DNA from: an uncultured archaeon
GTDB taxonomy: Archaea > Asgardarchaeota > Lokiarchaeia > Sigyniarchaeales > SOKP01
Length of the DNA: 64,000 nucleotides
Reading direction: 5' to 3'
Assembly (NCBI GenBank): GCA_964435435.1
Contig: CAYSZJ010000002.1
Coordinates: forward strand, 7,468 to 71,467
The notes below the pieces were generated by a model. It searched no databases. It was not told the DNA's origin and saw only the letters and a program-made list of their open reading frames with translations. The translations under genes were made by a program, and so were the position numbers. Below are positions 20,091 to 29,722 of the stretch, in pieces; the stretch's first letter is position 1, and each line of letters begins with the position of its first letter.

Positions 20091-21317
20091 TTAAAACTCA
20101 ACTTCCCTTATAGGTAAAACATCCTTTCCTGTGAGATTTTCTCCACAATACATTGCGTACCTGTCAAAAAAACCCATTGGATCAATGAATGCTTCTTCAG
20201 GAGTAAGAACACCTTTTTCTGTAATTTCACCATTTATTACCATCTCTGTGGCAATTGCTAGTGGAACACCGGTTACTCCTGCCATCGCTCCAAATGGAAC
20301 TTTTTCATTTGCAATTGCTACTTTTTTTCTTTTACCATCTTTTATTCCTGTTGCGATAACACTTAATCCAGGAGGCATACCAATATATTCCTTTACTAAT
20401 TCAAGATCACTTCCTCGCTCTCTTAATTCGTCAAAAAACTTAATTGATGCCTCAGTAACGGTTAATTCTTTATTTATTATTTTTTGAGTATATTTACGCA
20501 CTATATCTGTTACTGTTTTACCCATATACATTAAATTTGAAACAGACTTTGCTTTTATTACTCTCGGTAATGTTACGGGCTCTGGATGACCTATATGACA
20601 TACATAAGTATCTTTAAATCCCGGAAACTGAAATGGTTCTGCATCTGTAAGAGACTTTATTTCTTTAAATTTTCCATCTTTATATGTTGGAATCTCTTCC
20701 AATGTTTCATAAAAAAGATGCATAGTCGCAGCATTAGCAATTACAGGCATATCCTTAAATTTTTTATAAAATCTTCTAGGAGATACATAGAATTTAGGTC
20801 TATCTCCTACTTTTGCGGTACTCCCAGTACCCCACGCAGTAATAAGGTCATCAACTTGATCTAGTTTTGAACAAGCAAGGACAGCCATTAAATTTGTAAT
20901 TCCTGGACTCGCGCCTATCCCTATTATAGCAGTAATTCCTGCTTTTTTTGCTTTTTCATCTCGATCTAGTAAATCCAATGTTGGTTTCCAATCATCACAT
21001 ATATCTACATAAGGTTTTTTAGCTTCGATAACTGTATCCAATATTATAGTAACAAATTCATAATATGGACCTACAGTATTCATAACTAAATCATGTGACG
21101 ATATCAGACCAAGCAATTTATCATGATCAGTTACGTCAATTTCAACTGCAATAACTCTTTCAGATTCTAGTAAGTTAACAAAATGATTTGCTCTCTCAAT
21201 ATTTTTATCTGCAACTGTTATTGATGAAATTCCAGGATATTCGAGGAGTATAGCTACTGCCATCCTTCCCATATCTCCACTTCCACCTAACGCTAATACT
21301 TTCATTTTATATATCAC
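20091..21317 (-). CDS. saccharopine dehydrogenase family NAD(P)-binding protein
   Basis: MKVLALGGSGDMGR Rossmann N-terminus. Size and layout are typical. The probable start is the MKV at 21305. Confidence 0.7.
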   Translation of the reverse strand: MIYKMKVLALGGSGDMGRMAVAILLEYPGISSITVADKNIERANHFVNLLESERVIAVEIDVTDHDKLLGLISSHDLVMNTVGPYYEFVTIILDTVIEAKKPYVDICDDWKPTLDLLDRDEKAKKAGITAIIGIGASPGITNLMAVLACSKLDQVDDLITAWGTGSTAKVGDRPKFYVSPRRFYKKFKDMPVIANAATMHLFYETLEEIPTYKDGKFKEIKSLTDAEPFQFPGFKDTYVCHIGHPEPVTLPRVIKAKSVSNLMYMGKTVTDIVRKYTQKIINKELTVTEASIKFFDELRERGSDLELVKEYIGMPPGLSVIATGIKDGKRKKVAIANEKVPFGAMAGVTGVPLAIATEMVINGEITEKGVLTPEEAFIDPMGFFDRYAMYCGENLTGKDVLPIREVEF

Positions 21318-21471
21318 TTTTTTTTATTGTTATCTTAATTCTATATTAAAATAAATTACTAATTTTCTCTTCTTAGCCTTTGCCGATAAATGCTTATATT
21401 AATTTAATTTATGTATTGGTCAAACTTGTATAAAAATTTATATTGATTAAAAGATGATGAATAATTACTAA

Positions 21472-22809
21472 TTGAATTTATTATATAGGGGAAAAATATC
21501 AATGTCTAGAAAAGAAATTGCATGGTATGAAAACGATCTTTTAAAAGATATGTATATCAAAGCTGGAAGTAATGCTTTTAGAGGTTATCATTCACCTATC
21601 GTCAGTCCTAAGACTACTTTCGTTGGTACAAACAGTTTAAATGATTTTATCAATCATATTGGCGCTTATTTGTTTGATGAAGAAAAGCGAGTTTTAATTG
21701 TTGTTGATAAAGAGTTGCGAAAATTTGGTGAAAGAGTTGCTGATAGGTTACATCGGCGAAATATCGACAGTAGATTTTTTGACAATGTACTCCCTGATGT
21801 ACCTAGATATACATTACTCGAAGGAGCTAAAATTTGTGAAGAATATGATCCGAAAGTAATTTTAGCTATTGGAGGAGGATCTGCTATGGATACGGCGAAA
21901 TTAATTCTACTATTTTATGAACAACCTGAGATTAATATCAATAACATGAGTGCTCCATACTATGCTGGTCTTCGTAAGAAAGTCAAAATTTTAGCAGCTA
22001 TACCCACTACTTCTGGAACTGGAGCAGAAACCACGTTTATTGCAGTTGTAACAGATACAGATAGAGATCCACCTAAAAAGACGGAGGTTGTATTATACGA
22101 GTTTTGCCCAGATTTTGTAGTTCTTCATCCTGATTTTGTAAAGACAATGCCCCCTAATTTAACCACAGGAACGGGTATGGATGCACTTGCTCATTCAATG
22201 GGTTCTTATATGCTTACAATGAGTACATTATTTACAGATATGCATAATTTGAAAGCAATTGAGTTAATCTTGAAGTATTTACCCCGCTCTGTTAAAAGAG
22301 GGAATGATATGGAAGCACGTGAGAAAATGCAAATCGCAGCATATATTGCAGGAATAGGTTTTGGAAATATTTCTGGAGGTATCGAACATTCCTTAGGTCA
22401 TTCATTTGGAGCTTTGTTCCACGTTCATCATGGAATATGTGTAGGATTATTTTTATGTGCTTCAATCGCTTTTCAAGCAAAAGTTACTAAACGTTTTTTA
22501 GATCTTGCAAAACTTTTTAACATTAAAGTTGAAAATCGGCACAGAGATGAGATTTTGAAGGATCTACTAGTTAGTTTAAAGAATTTCATGCGTGAAGTAA
22601 ATTGCCCTCTATCAATCCAAGAGCTTGACAAACCTAAAATCTCAAAGGAAGAATATTTAGCAAAACTGGATCAAATGGTTGAATTTGCTTTTAACGATTA
22701 CTGTACACTGTCTTCCACTCGAAGAATTAATCGTCCACAATATAGAAAAATCTTAGAAATTACATATGAGAATAAAATAGAAGATTTAATAGATTTATAC
22801 TACAAATAG
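21472..22809 (+). CDS. iron-containing alcohol dehydrogenase
   Basis: AIGGGSAMDTAK, the metal-site motifs GMDALAHS and HSLGHSFGALFHVHHG. The probable start is MSRKEI at 21502. Confidence 0.85.
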   Translation: MNLLYRGKISMSRKEIAWYENDLLKDMYIKAGSNAFRGYHSPIVSPKTTFVGTNSLNDFINHIGAYLFDEEKRVLIVVDKELRKFGERVADRLHRRNIDSRFFDNVLPDVPRYTLLEGAKICEEYDPKVILAIGGGSAMDTAKLILLFYEQPEININNMSAPYYAGLRKKVKILAAIPTTSGTGAETTFIAVVTDTDRDPPKKTEVVLYEFCPDFVVLHPDFVKTMPPNLTTGTGMDALAHSMGSYMLTMSTLFTDMHNLKAIELILKYLPRSVKRGNDMEAREKMQIAAYIAGIGFGNISGGIEHSLGHSFGALFHVHHGICVGLFLCASIAFQAKVTKRFLDLAKLFNIKVENRHRDEILKDLLVSLKNFMREVNCPLSIQELDKPKISKEEYLAKLDQMVEFAFNDYCTLSSTRRINRPQYRKILEITYENKIEDLIDLYYK

Positions 22810-22820
22810 GAGGGAAAAAA

Positions 22821-24689
22821 ATGGATAAATTATACGGATATAATAGTAAAGTAGCTTATATTAATTTAAGCGAATTAAGCGTAGAAGTAAAGGATCTTGA
22901 TCCTAAAATTGCTGAAGATTATATGGGTGGAGCAGGTCTTTCAGCTAAACTTACTTATGATTTGCTTACTGAAAATGATTATCAAACTTTGCAAAAAGAC
23001 CCATTAGCAACTATGAACCCATTAATTTTTGCGACAGGTCCATTAACAGGAACTATGACTCCTTCTAGCAGCAGATATTGTGTTACCGGCATTTCACCTC
23101 TCACAGGAATTTGGGGTGAGTCAACTTCAGGAGGATTTTTTCCTATTGCTTTAAAGAGGAGTGGCTATGATGCAATTATATTAACTGGTGAAGCTGATGA
23201 ACCTAAATTCATTTACATTAATAATGGAAAAATAGAAATCAAAAATGCTGGACAATTTTGGGGAAAAAATACACGGGACACAATAGGATCAATTAGAGAG
23301 CTTATGAATGATGAAAAACTTAGAGTTGCTTGTATTGGGAGAGCAGGTGAAAATTTAATAAAATATGCCGCAATAATTAACGATGAAGGAAGAGCTGCAG
23401 GAAGGTGTGGATTAGGAGCAGTAATGGGTAAAAAGAGATTAAAGGCTATAGCGATTAAAGGAAGTCAATCAATTGAATATTTTGATAAGGAAGAATTAAG
23501 AATTCAGGGAAAAGCTACATTAGAAAATGTAATGATCCCTTTTGCCACAAATTTATTTTCTCACTATGGAACCTTAATATATACTGACATGGGTATGGTT
23601 ATAGGAGATGTTCCAGCTAATTATTTTACTAATACTGAATTTATAGCAGAAGATCTAACAGGTAGAGCTTTAAAAGAACAATTCGTAGTTTTAAAATATG
23701 CCTGCGCTGGATGTGCTATCGGTTGTGGAAGAACGACTCTCATAGAAATCGATGGGAATGAGACAGAAGTTGATGGTCCCGAATATGAGACAACTGCTGC
23801 TTATGGTCCAATGTGTGGCATCTTTAATTTTAAACCAATAATCAAAGCAAATCATACATGTAATCTTGAGGGTATAGATACCATTTCAAGTGGAGTATCG
23901 ATCTCTTTTTTAATATATTTAGTAGAAAATGAAATTGCTCTAAAGGAGATTGAGAAATATTTAGGTGAAATTGAATTAGAAGAAATTCGCTGGGGAAATG
24001 AAGAATTAGTATTGAAATTATTAGATAAAATAATTAAGAGAGAAGGAATTGGAGATTTATTAGCTGAGGGTACACGAATAATGGCTGAAAAACTTGGAGT
24101 TGATTCTGGTTTAGCTGCACATGTAAAAGGTTTAGAAGTACCGATGCATGATCCTCGCGCATATCTTGGGCAGGCTCTTACCTATATGACTGCATGCACA
24201 GGAGCTAACCATAATAAAGGTGATTTCTATAACATTGATGGTGATGCAGCTTCTTATACTAAAATCAGGAAAAAGGATAGATTTACAATAGATAAAAGAG
24301 AGAGAGCGGTAATAGCATATCAAGATTTGACTAACATTTATGATTCATCGGTAATCTGTAACTTTACTCATATTAACGATATTGCTTTAGCAAGATTGCT
24401 AAAAGCATCTACTGGAATACAATCTTTTGGAAGCACGGGTAATTTATTTAAAGTTGGAGAACGTGCTTCAAATTTAAAAAGATTAATTTCTTGTAAACTC
24501 GGGTGTAAACGAGAAGATGATTATTTACCAGAGATCGTATCAAAAGCTTTAAAAACAGGAGGATCTGCGGGTATCCAAATTGATTTGGAAGAAAATTTGA
24601 AAACTTACTATGAAAAACGTGGTTGGGATTGGGAAACTGGTTATCCTACAAAAGAAACTCTTGAGAGACTCGAAATTTTAAAATCTTAA
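22821..24689 (+). CDS. aor: aldehyde:ferredoxin oxidoreductase (tungstopterin AOR family)
   Basis: 622-aa ORF. N-terminus GYNSKVAYINLS, then YMGGAGLSAKL, GRAAGRCGLGAVMG and the CAGCAIGCGR Fe-S motif. Confidence 0.9.
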   Translation: MDKLYGYNSKVAYINLSELSVEVKDLDPKIAEDYMGGAGLSAKLTYDLLTENDYQTLQKDPLATMNPLIFATGPLTGTMTPSSSRYCVTGISPLTGIWGESTSGGFFPIALKRSGYDAIILTGEADEPKFIYINNGKIEIKNAGQFWGKNTRDTIGSIRELMNDEKLRVACIGRAGENLIKYAAIINDEGRAAGRCGLGAVMGKKRLKAIAIKGSQSIEYFDKEELRIQGKATLENVMIPFATNLFSHYGTLIYTDMGMVIGDVPANYFTNTEFIAEDLTGRALKEQFVVLKYACAGCAIGCGRTTLIEIDGNETEVDGPEYETTAAYGPMCGIFNFKPIIKANHTCNLEGIDTISSGVSISFLIYLVENEIALKEIEKYLGEIELEEIRWGNEELVLKLLDKIIKREGIGDLLAEGTRIMAEKLGVDSGLAAHVKGLEVPMHDPRAYLGQALTYMTACTGANHNKGDFYNIDGDAASYTKIRKKDRFTIDKRERAVIAYQDLTNIYDSSVICNFTHINDIALARLLKASTGIQSFGSTGNLFKVGERASNLKRLISCKLGCKREDDYLPEIVSKALKTGGSAGIQIDLEENLKTYYEKRGWDWETGYPTKETLERLEILKS

Positions 24690-24817
24690 TATTTTTTTTC
24701 TTACTTTTTTTATAGTTTAAATTATAGTTTGTCTAAAATTAAATATGAAAATATTTTTTATTTTCGTAATAAAAATTTCTTAAATTATAAAAATATAAAT
24801 TCAATTCTGAATGCAAA

Positions 24818-25264
24818 TTGAAAGAACTCTATGAATTAGGTTTTGTATTTCGAGGATTTGTTCTTGTTAATCACAACTTTAAGGGTTTACCTATTCAAAA
24901 GGAGCATGGTGTCACAGAAGATCTTAGAGGCGCATTTATTTCTGCTATAAACGCTTTTGCTGATACTGCTTTTAATAAAAGCTCATTAGAATATTTAGAA
25001 TCTGGAAATATCTTATTCATTTTTAAAATAGCTGAAGTTCAATCAATAGATAATAATATTAAAGAATCTTTAATCTTATATGGCTTAGTAGATAAATCAA
25101 AAAAGAAATCAGATAAACTTGTAAGAAAATTTTTTGAAAGAGTCGAACCAATGCTTCAATTATTTATACAAAAGTTTAATACGGCAAATTTTTCAGAATT
25201 AAACCAATTTGAATCTTTTAAAGAAATAATGAAAGATTTTTTTGTAAAAAAAACACAAGAGTAA
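24818..25264 (+). CDS. longin/roadblock-like small protein (tentative)
   Basis: 148-aa ORF with a TTG start. The beta-beta-alpha-beta-beta-beta-alpha-like pattern (GFVFRGFVLVNHNF..AFISAINAFADTAF..GNILFIFKI..LILYGLVD..LVRKFFERVEPMLQLF) resembles longin domains and the ORF at 31353. Confidence 0.4.
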   Translation: MKELYELGFVFRGFVLVNHNFKGLPIQKEHGVTEDLRGAFISAINAFADTAFNKSSLEYLESGNILFIFKIAEVQSIDNNIKESLILYGLVDKSKKKSDKLVRKFFERVEPMLQLFIQKFNTANFSELNQFESFKEIMKDFFVKKTQE

Positions 25265-26956
25265 TTACTCAACAAGACTCCAACCTTTTGGTGCGGATCT
25301 AGAATAAATTAATCTGCCTTGTGCTTTTAGGTTATTAATTTCTTTTTCAATATCCTTAACTTCAAAACCTTTTGATTTTATGTCAATAACAAATTCAGCT
25401 TTAGTAGCAACAAGTTTATTCTTTTTTAAGTATTCGATAATTACTTCTAGTAAGGATTTATCTAAACTTACTCCTTCTTTTAAAGAGATATCTTTTGCTT
25501 CAGTGCTTAATACAGCACTCAATTTTTCTTTATCTGTTTTAATTGGTTCTTCAATTACCATATGTTTAACCGCAACTTTAGGTTTCTCAACTGGTGTTTT
25601 AACTATAACCTTTGGTTCTTTAACTCGTGCTTCCATTTCAACTTTTCCTCCTGTCTCTTCCTCTGGCAAGCTCCAGACGGAATATTCCATTTTTTCATAG
25701 GATACTGATTTTTGTGTTTTTAACACTGTGAACTCTTCTAATATCTCATCTTCTGAATAACCTAATTTTGTTAACTCTGATACTAGGTCTTTCATATAAC
25801 CTTTTTCAGTTAAATAGTTGAAAATATGTTCTCGAATGTTAGTCGGTACCTCTTTAACTTCAGCTATCTCTTCAATTTTCCTTTCTTTTTCAGTTGGTTC
25901 TACTTCGGGTATTTTTATTTGTTGAGGAATCTCAAGAGATTGTTTATCTCCCCATTCAAAATCCGTAACAATTCTAATTGCACGATCATACCCTCCAAAT
26001 ACAATATTTTTCTTGTTTTCTCTTCTATCTAATTGATAACATATATGCTTAATTGAGGTAGCTACTTTTGTCTTCCATTTTAACTCAATATCCGTAGAAC
26101 TAAGAGAAGGATTATGAAATACCTTTAATGACCCATCTGCGCACCCCGCAACAATTTCATTTGCATTATCACCATCTATATCTTCTATTAATAGTGCTAT
26201 AGGGCGACCTTCCTCGGTTTCAATCTCTTTTATAGGTTCTCCTTCCACATTAAGGATTTTAATCGTAGAGTCATCAGCACTTAAAACTATTTCATTGTAT
26301 CCATCATTTGTTACATCGCCAACTTTAATATCATTTATTTGAGTGTTAAAATTCTTTGACCAAATTATATCGGGGAACCCCTCTTTAAATTGAATTAATT
26401 GTATTACACCACTTTTCGTACCAACTAATAATCCATATATAGAGAATTCTTCATCTGGTAATTTTAAATATCCTAATGTACAAGTAGTTACCCAAGAATC
26501 ATAATATAATATAAATTTTGGCTCTTTTGCTTTGATACTATCAAATATTTTTAGAGTTTTATCTTCACTACCAAATAATAATTCTATATTTCCATCTCTA
26601 GTAAAGTCTCCAGCAATACAACAAGTAACTCTATTAGAGGCCTTGTACCGCATTAGACCTACAAGCTTCTTCTTTTCCTCATTTAATTTTAAAACCATAA
26701 AACTCCCTTCGCCAGCGCCTACTAACACTTCATCACAACCGTCACCATCAAGATCTATAGGATAACTACATCTACACCATCCATCAAAAGATCTACCATC
26801 AACAATATTCATCTCTTCGTCCAATAAATAAAGGGTTTTATCATGTCCTCCAAAAACTAAATAATTCTTTTCTTTGCATCTTAATACTGAGCAAGTTAAC
26901 ACAGCGTCAGGACATTCAAACATAAATTTTAGTTGATAGCGTTTTCTAATAGCCAT
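25265..26956 (-). CDS. seven-bladed FG-GAP/WD-like beta-propeller protein with two C-terminal winged-helix-like domains
   Basis: 563-aa ORF. Repeats include IDLDGDGCDEVLVGAGEGSF, GDFTRDGNIELLFGSEDKTLKIFD, GDVTNDGYNEIVLSADDSTIKILN, EDIDGDNANEIVAGCADGSLKVFH and VFGGYDRAIRIV. The C-terminus has IFNYLTEKGYMKDLVSELTKLGYSEDEI and IIEYLKKNKLVATKAEFV..LKAQGRLIY. No signal peptide. Confidence 0.6.
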   Translation of the reverse strand: MAIRKRYQLKFMFECPDAVLTCSVLRCKEKNYLVFGGHDKTLYLLDEEMNIVDGRSFDGWCRCSYPIDLDGDGCDEVLVGAGEGSFMVLKLNEEKKKLVGLMRYKASNRVTCCIAGDFTRDGNIELLFGSEDKTLKIFDSIKAKEPKFILYYDSWVTTCTLGYLKLPDEEFSIYGLLVGTKSGVIQLIQFKEGFPDIIWSKNFNTQINDIKVGDVTNDGYNEIVLSADDSTIKILNVEGEPIKEIETEEGRPIALLIEDIDGDNANEIVAGCADGSLKVFHNPSLSSTDIELKWKTKVATSIKHICYQLDRRENKKNIVFGGYDRAIRIVTDFEWGDKQSLEIPQQIKIPEVEPTEKERKIEEIAEVKEVPTNIREHIFNYLTEKGYMKDLVSELTKLGYSEDEILEEFTVLKTQKSVSYEKMEYSVWSLPEEETGGKVEMEARVKEPKVIVKTPVEKPKVAVKHMVIEEPIKTDKEKLSAVLSTEAKDISLKEGVSLDKSLLEVIIEYLKKNKLVATKAEFVIDIKSKGFEVKDIEKEINNLKAQGRLIYSRSAPKGWSLVE

Positions 26957-27173
26957 AATTCAATAATGTTACTTTTGATAATCCAATTTTTCTATGTTTA
27001 TTAAACTTAATTTTTTTGTTAATTCTTTTAACAATTATTCAAAAATTTATTAAGCTGTTATTGTAAATAAACTTAAACTTATTTTATGTATGTTGAACCT
27101 TAATAAAAAGGAATTCACAGATTTATTAATTCCATTTAAAAAATAAAAAAAATAAAAAAAAATATTTTTAGAT

Positions 27174-29327
27174 TTAAAACGCAAGTTGGGCATCTGATGG
27201 ACTGTATTTTCCTTTTCCAGTTATTTCATAAGAGATCTCTAATTTATCTTCTGGTTCCAACGTTTCAATTTCCCATTTTAAAGTATCTGCTCCAACTTCA
27301 TCAGTAATCTCTGGTGTCATAGAATATTCCGAATATTCGAACAAATCGGGTACTTTGTCTAAAAGAATTAGGTGAAATAGCTTAGATTCTCCAATATTTT
27401 CAACAGACAAGATAATTCTGTAATGTCCAAGATCTCCAATGGGTATAACTTCTTTTCCAATACGGAATTTTCTTCTAATATGTAGAGCTTCAATAACAGG
27501 GACTTCTGGTTTAAATTCTAACTCTTGACTAATTGGAAAGGTATTAGCAAGATACATTATTTCAGATTCAAATGTAGATTCTCGTGCAGGATTTATACAG
27601 TGAATGGGATATTCAAATTCTAAGGTAGATTCGGGCATAAACATGCCTGTGGAACTGTCTTTTAAATCTTTAAGGTCTATCTTAAATACATTATCTTCAA
27701 GACTTACTGCTCCTGAAGAAACTTCAACTTCTTCACCATCCCATAGCAATTTTATTTCATCTGCTTTTGGTGGTTGATATTCATCAGAGAAATATTGTTG
27801 GACCACAGAGACTTCATTTAATGGAGCTGAACCGTTATTAACTATTTTAAGAGATGCAGTTACATCTCTCTCTCGATAAGTAGGGACTTCAGTTAGATTA
27901 TATTCCATTACTCCTGTGATACTACCAATCTCTAATATGACATCTGAAAGAGAAACTGTCCCATTGACGATTGTTTGAAAATCGGGCATTACTCTAAATT
28001 CTAGTTTTTTCCTGAAGGTTGGATATTCGTCACTTTCAAATTCCCATTTTGTAGAATGCCATTGAGCGCCATTTGGTAATAGAGGCACATCATTAGGGTC
28101 AATATCTACGAATTTTTTAGATTCATCGTCTGGAGAATAAACATCAGCATTAAAAAGTTGAATTATGAATTCCGAGGCATTATCAAATACAAGTTTACAA
28201 TCAAAAAATCCAGGTTCCTCGTCTCTTTCAACTGTATCAACATAAAATTTATTTCTTGTATATGCATCGAATTTATCTATTGCCAATCCTTCAGCAAAAG
28301 AAGATGCTCCTTGATAAGTGATTTCTATTGTTCCTGTTTTTCTTTTGGTAATATCTGTAACCATTATATTACATGTAAATTTCAACATCACTGTATATTC
28401 AGGAGCTAATTTGTCAATTGTCCAAACGATTGTATTCCCTTCAATTTCAGCTCTTCCTTCACTAGTGTCTCTAATTGTAGGATTACTGAAATCGTCAGTT
28501 ATACTTTTTACTACTTTGATATTCGAAATAGGTTTATCAAACATACTTCTAAGTGCAATAGCAAAAGTAACAACATTTTCTTTATCAATTGAGATACCAA
28601 AAGATTCTAAACCACTTTCAACGCTAGTTCCACCATCTTCCCATGTTTCTCCTTCTTCATCTTCTTCCTCCTCTTCTTCCTCTTCTTCTTCCACTACAGC
28701 GGGTTTTACCGTGTTTGGAGATTTAGAAGAAGCTTCACCAGTTTTATCCTTTAATTTTAATAATTCCATCTCAATATCATTGATATTTAGAACTGAATCG
28801 GCGTCCGGAAGTGTACAAATGAATTCTTTTACAAGTAAAAGATTTTTTATATCTTTTGTTATTTTAAAATCTCTTGAATCAACATTTTCTGGTTCTTCAG
28901 TGCCTAATTCTTGTATTGAAATCTCTTTAGATTTTAAATTTGTACTTCCTATATTTTCAAGTGAAACATCAATGTCCCACAATCTATCAACTTTACTTGG
29001 ATTTTCTATGTTTAATTTTCCAGCATGGGTAAATGATTCTATATTACCATCATGATCCTGTGCTACGTCTACATCTTCAATAATTTTTACTAATGCTAAT
29101 AGGCCTTCTCTATTTCCATTTTTCAACATGATACTACCTTCGAGTTTCCCTGTATCCTCATCATATGTCTCAATAACTGGGGTGGCCGTATCTCTATCAA
29201 TCAATTCCACAAGACCAGTGTCTAAATCTTTTCTTTTCAATGCTTCAGCTATTAATTCTTCTTCAGCTTCTGTTGTATCCCAACCCACTCGCGATGGTGG
29301 CTTTTTCTTTTTATCTTTCTTTCCCAT
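27174..29327 (-). CDS. large cytoplasmic protein with about four CARDB/DUF11-like beta-sandwich repeats and a poly-Glu tract
   Basis: 717-aa ORF. Lys-rich N-terminus MGKKDKKKKPP and the tract VEEEEEEEEEEDEEGE. Repeats follow the pattern ..SVENIGESKLFHLILLDKVPDLFEY..LKWEIETLEPEDKLEISYEITG. No signal peptide or TM segment. Confidence 0.5.
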   Translation of the reverse strand: MGKKDKKKKPPSRVGWDTTEAEEELIAEALKRKDLDTGLVELIDRDTATPVIETYDEDTGKLEGSIMLKNGNREGLLALVKIIEDVDVAQDHDGNIESFTHAGKLNIENPSKVDRLWDIDVSLENIGSTNLKSKEISIQELGTEEPENVDSRDFKITKDIKNLLLVKEFICTLPDADSVLNINDIEMELLKLKDKTGEASSKSPNTVKPAVVEEEEEEEEEEDEEGETWEDGGTSVESGLESFGISIDKENVVTFAIALRSMFDKPISNIKVVKSITDDFSNPTIRDTSEGRAEIEGNTIVWTIDKLAPEYTVMLKFTCNIMVTDITKRKTGTIEITYQGASSFAEGLAIDKFDAYTRNKFYVDTVERDEEPGFFDCKLVFDNASEFIIQLFNADVYSPDDESKKFVDIDPNDVPLLPNGAQWHSTKWEFESDEYPTFRKKLEFRVMPDFQTIVNGTVSLSDVILEIGSITGVMEYNLTEVPTYRERDVTASLKIVNNGSAPLNEVSVVQQYFSDEYQPPKADEIKLLWDGEEVEVSSGAVSLEDNVFKIDLKDLKDSSTGMFMPESTLEFEYPIHCINPARESTFESEIMYLANTFPISQELEFKPEVPVIEALHIRRKFRIGKEVIPIGDLGHYRIILSVENIGESKLFHLILLDKVPDLFEYSEYSMTPEITDEVGADTLKWEIETLEPEDKLEISYEITGKGKYSPSDAQLAF

Positions 29328-29484
29328 TATTCATTCCCAAGTTTTTAATTATATTTTGCTAGATTGAAAATTATTTAAGGTTTAATAAAATTTAATGTAG
29401 ATAAAATAAATTCAACAAGATTCCTTAAAAAACTTTTTACTGGACAATAGTGTTATTGAAAAAAAACTATAGCTAATACTCCTT

Positions 29485-29688
29485 TTATATGAATTTATAA
29501 TCATTTTCGCTTGGTCTTTTAGGAATAACATCTGGGTCAATGAATTTATAACCACACATTGGACAGATTTTAACTTTCTTATTAGTTTTCGGATCAATAG
29601 ACCTAAAACTAAAACCACATCGGGGGCAAATTCTAACTGAATGGTTTAATATCCTTTTTATTTTAATTTTTTTCTGATTTTTTTTCAT
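29485..29688 (-). CDS. zinc-ribbon protein
   Basis: 67-aa ORF with CPRCG..17 aa..CPMCG. Preferred over the overlapping 29412-29618 ORF. Confidence 0.55.
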   Translation of the reverse strand: MKKNQKKIKIKRILNHSVRICPRCGFSFRSIDPKTNKKVKICPMCGYKFIDPDVIPKRPSENDYKFI

Positions 29689-29722
29689 AGCCCTTTATTT
29701 TCTAATAAAAAAGATTTTCATT

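Noticed and set aside
28640-28690. GAA/GAG-rich tract as a non-coding microsatellite or CRISPR-like repeat.
   Set aside because: It lies in frame inside a long ORF and encodes a poly-Glu linker. There is no repeat-spacer organisation.
29412-29618. 68-aa ORF overlapping the Zn-ribbon ORF in another frame.
   Set aside because: The alternative frame (29485-29688) has paired CPxCG motifs. This one has none.
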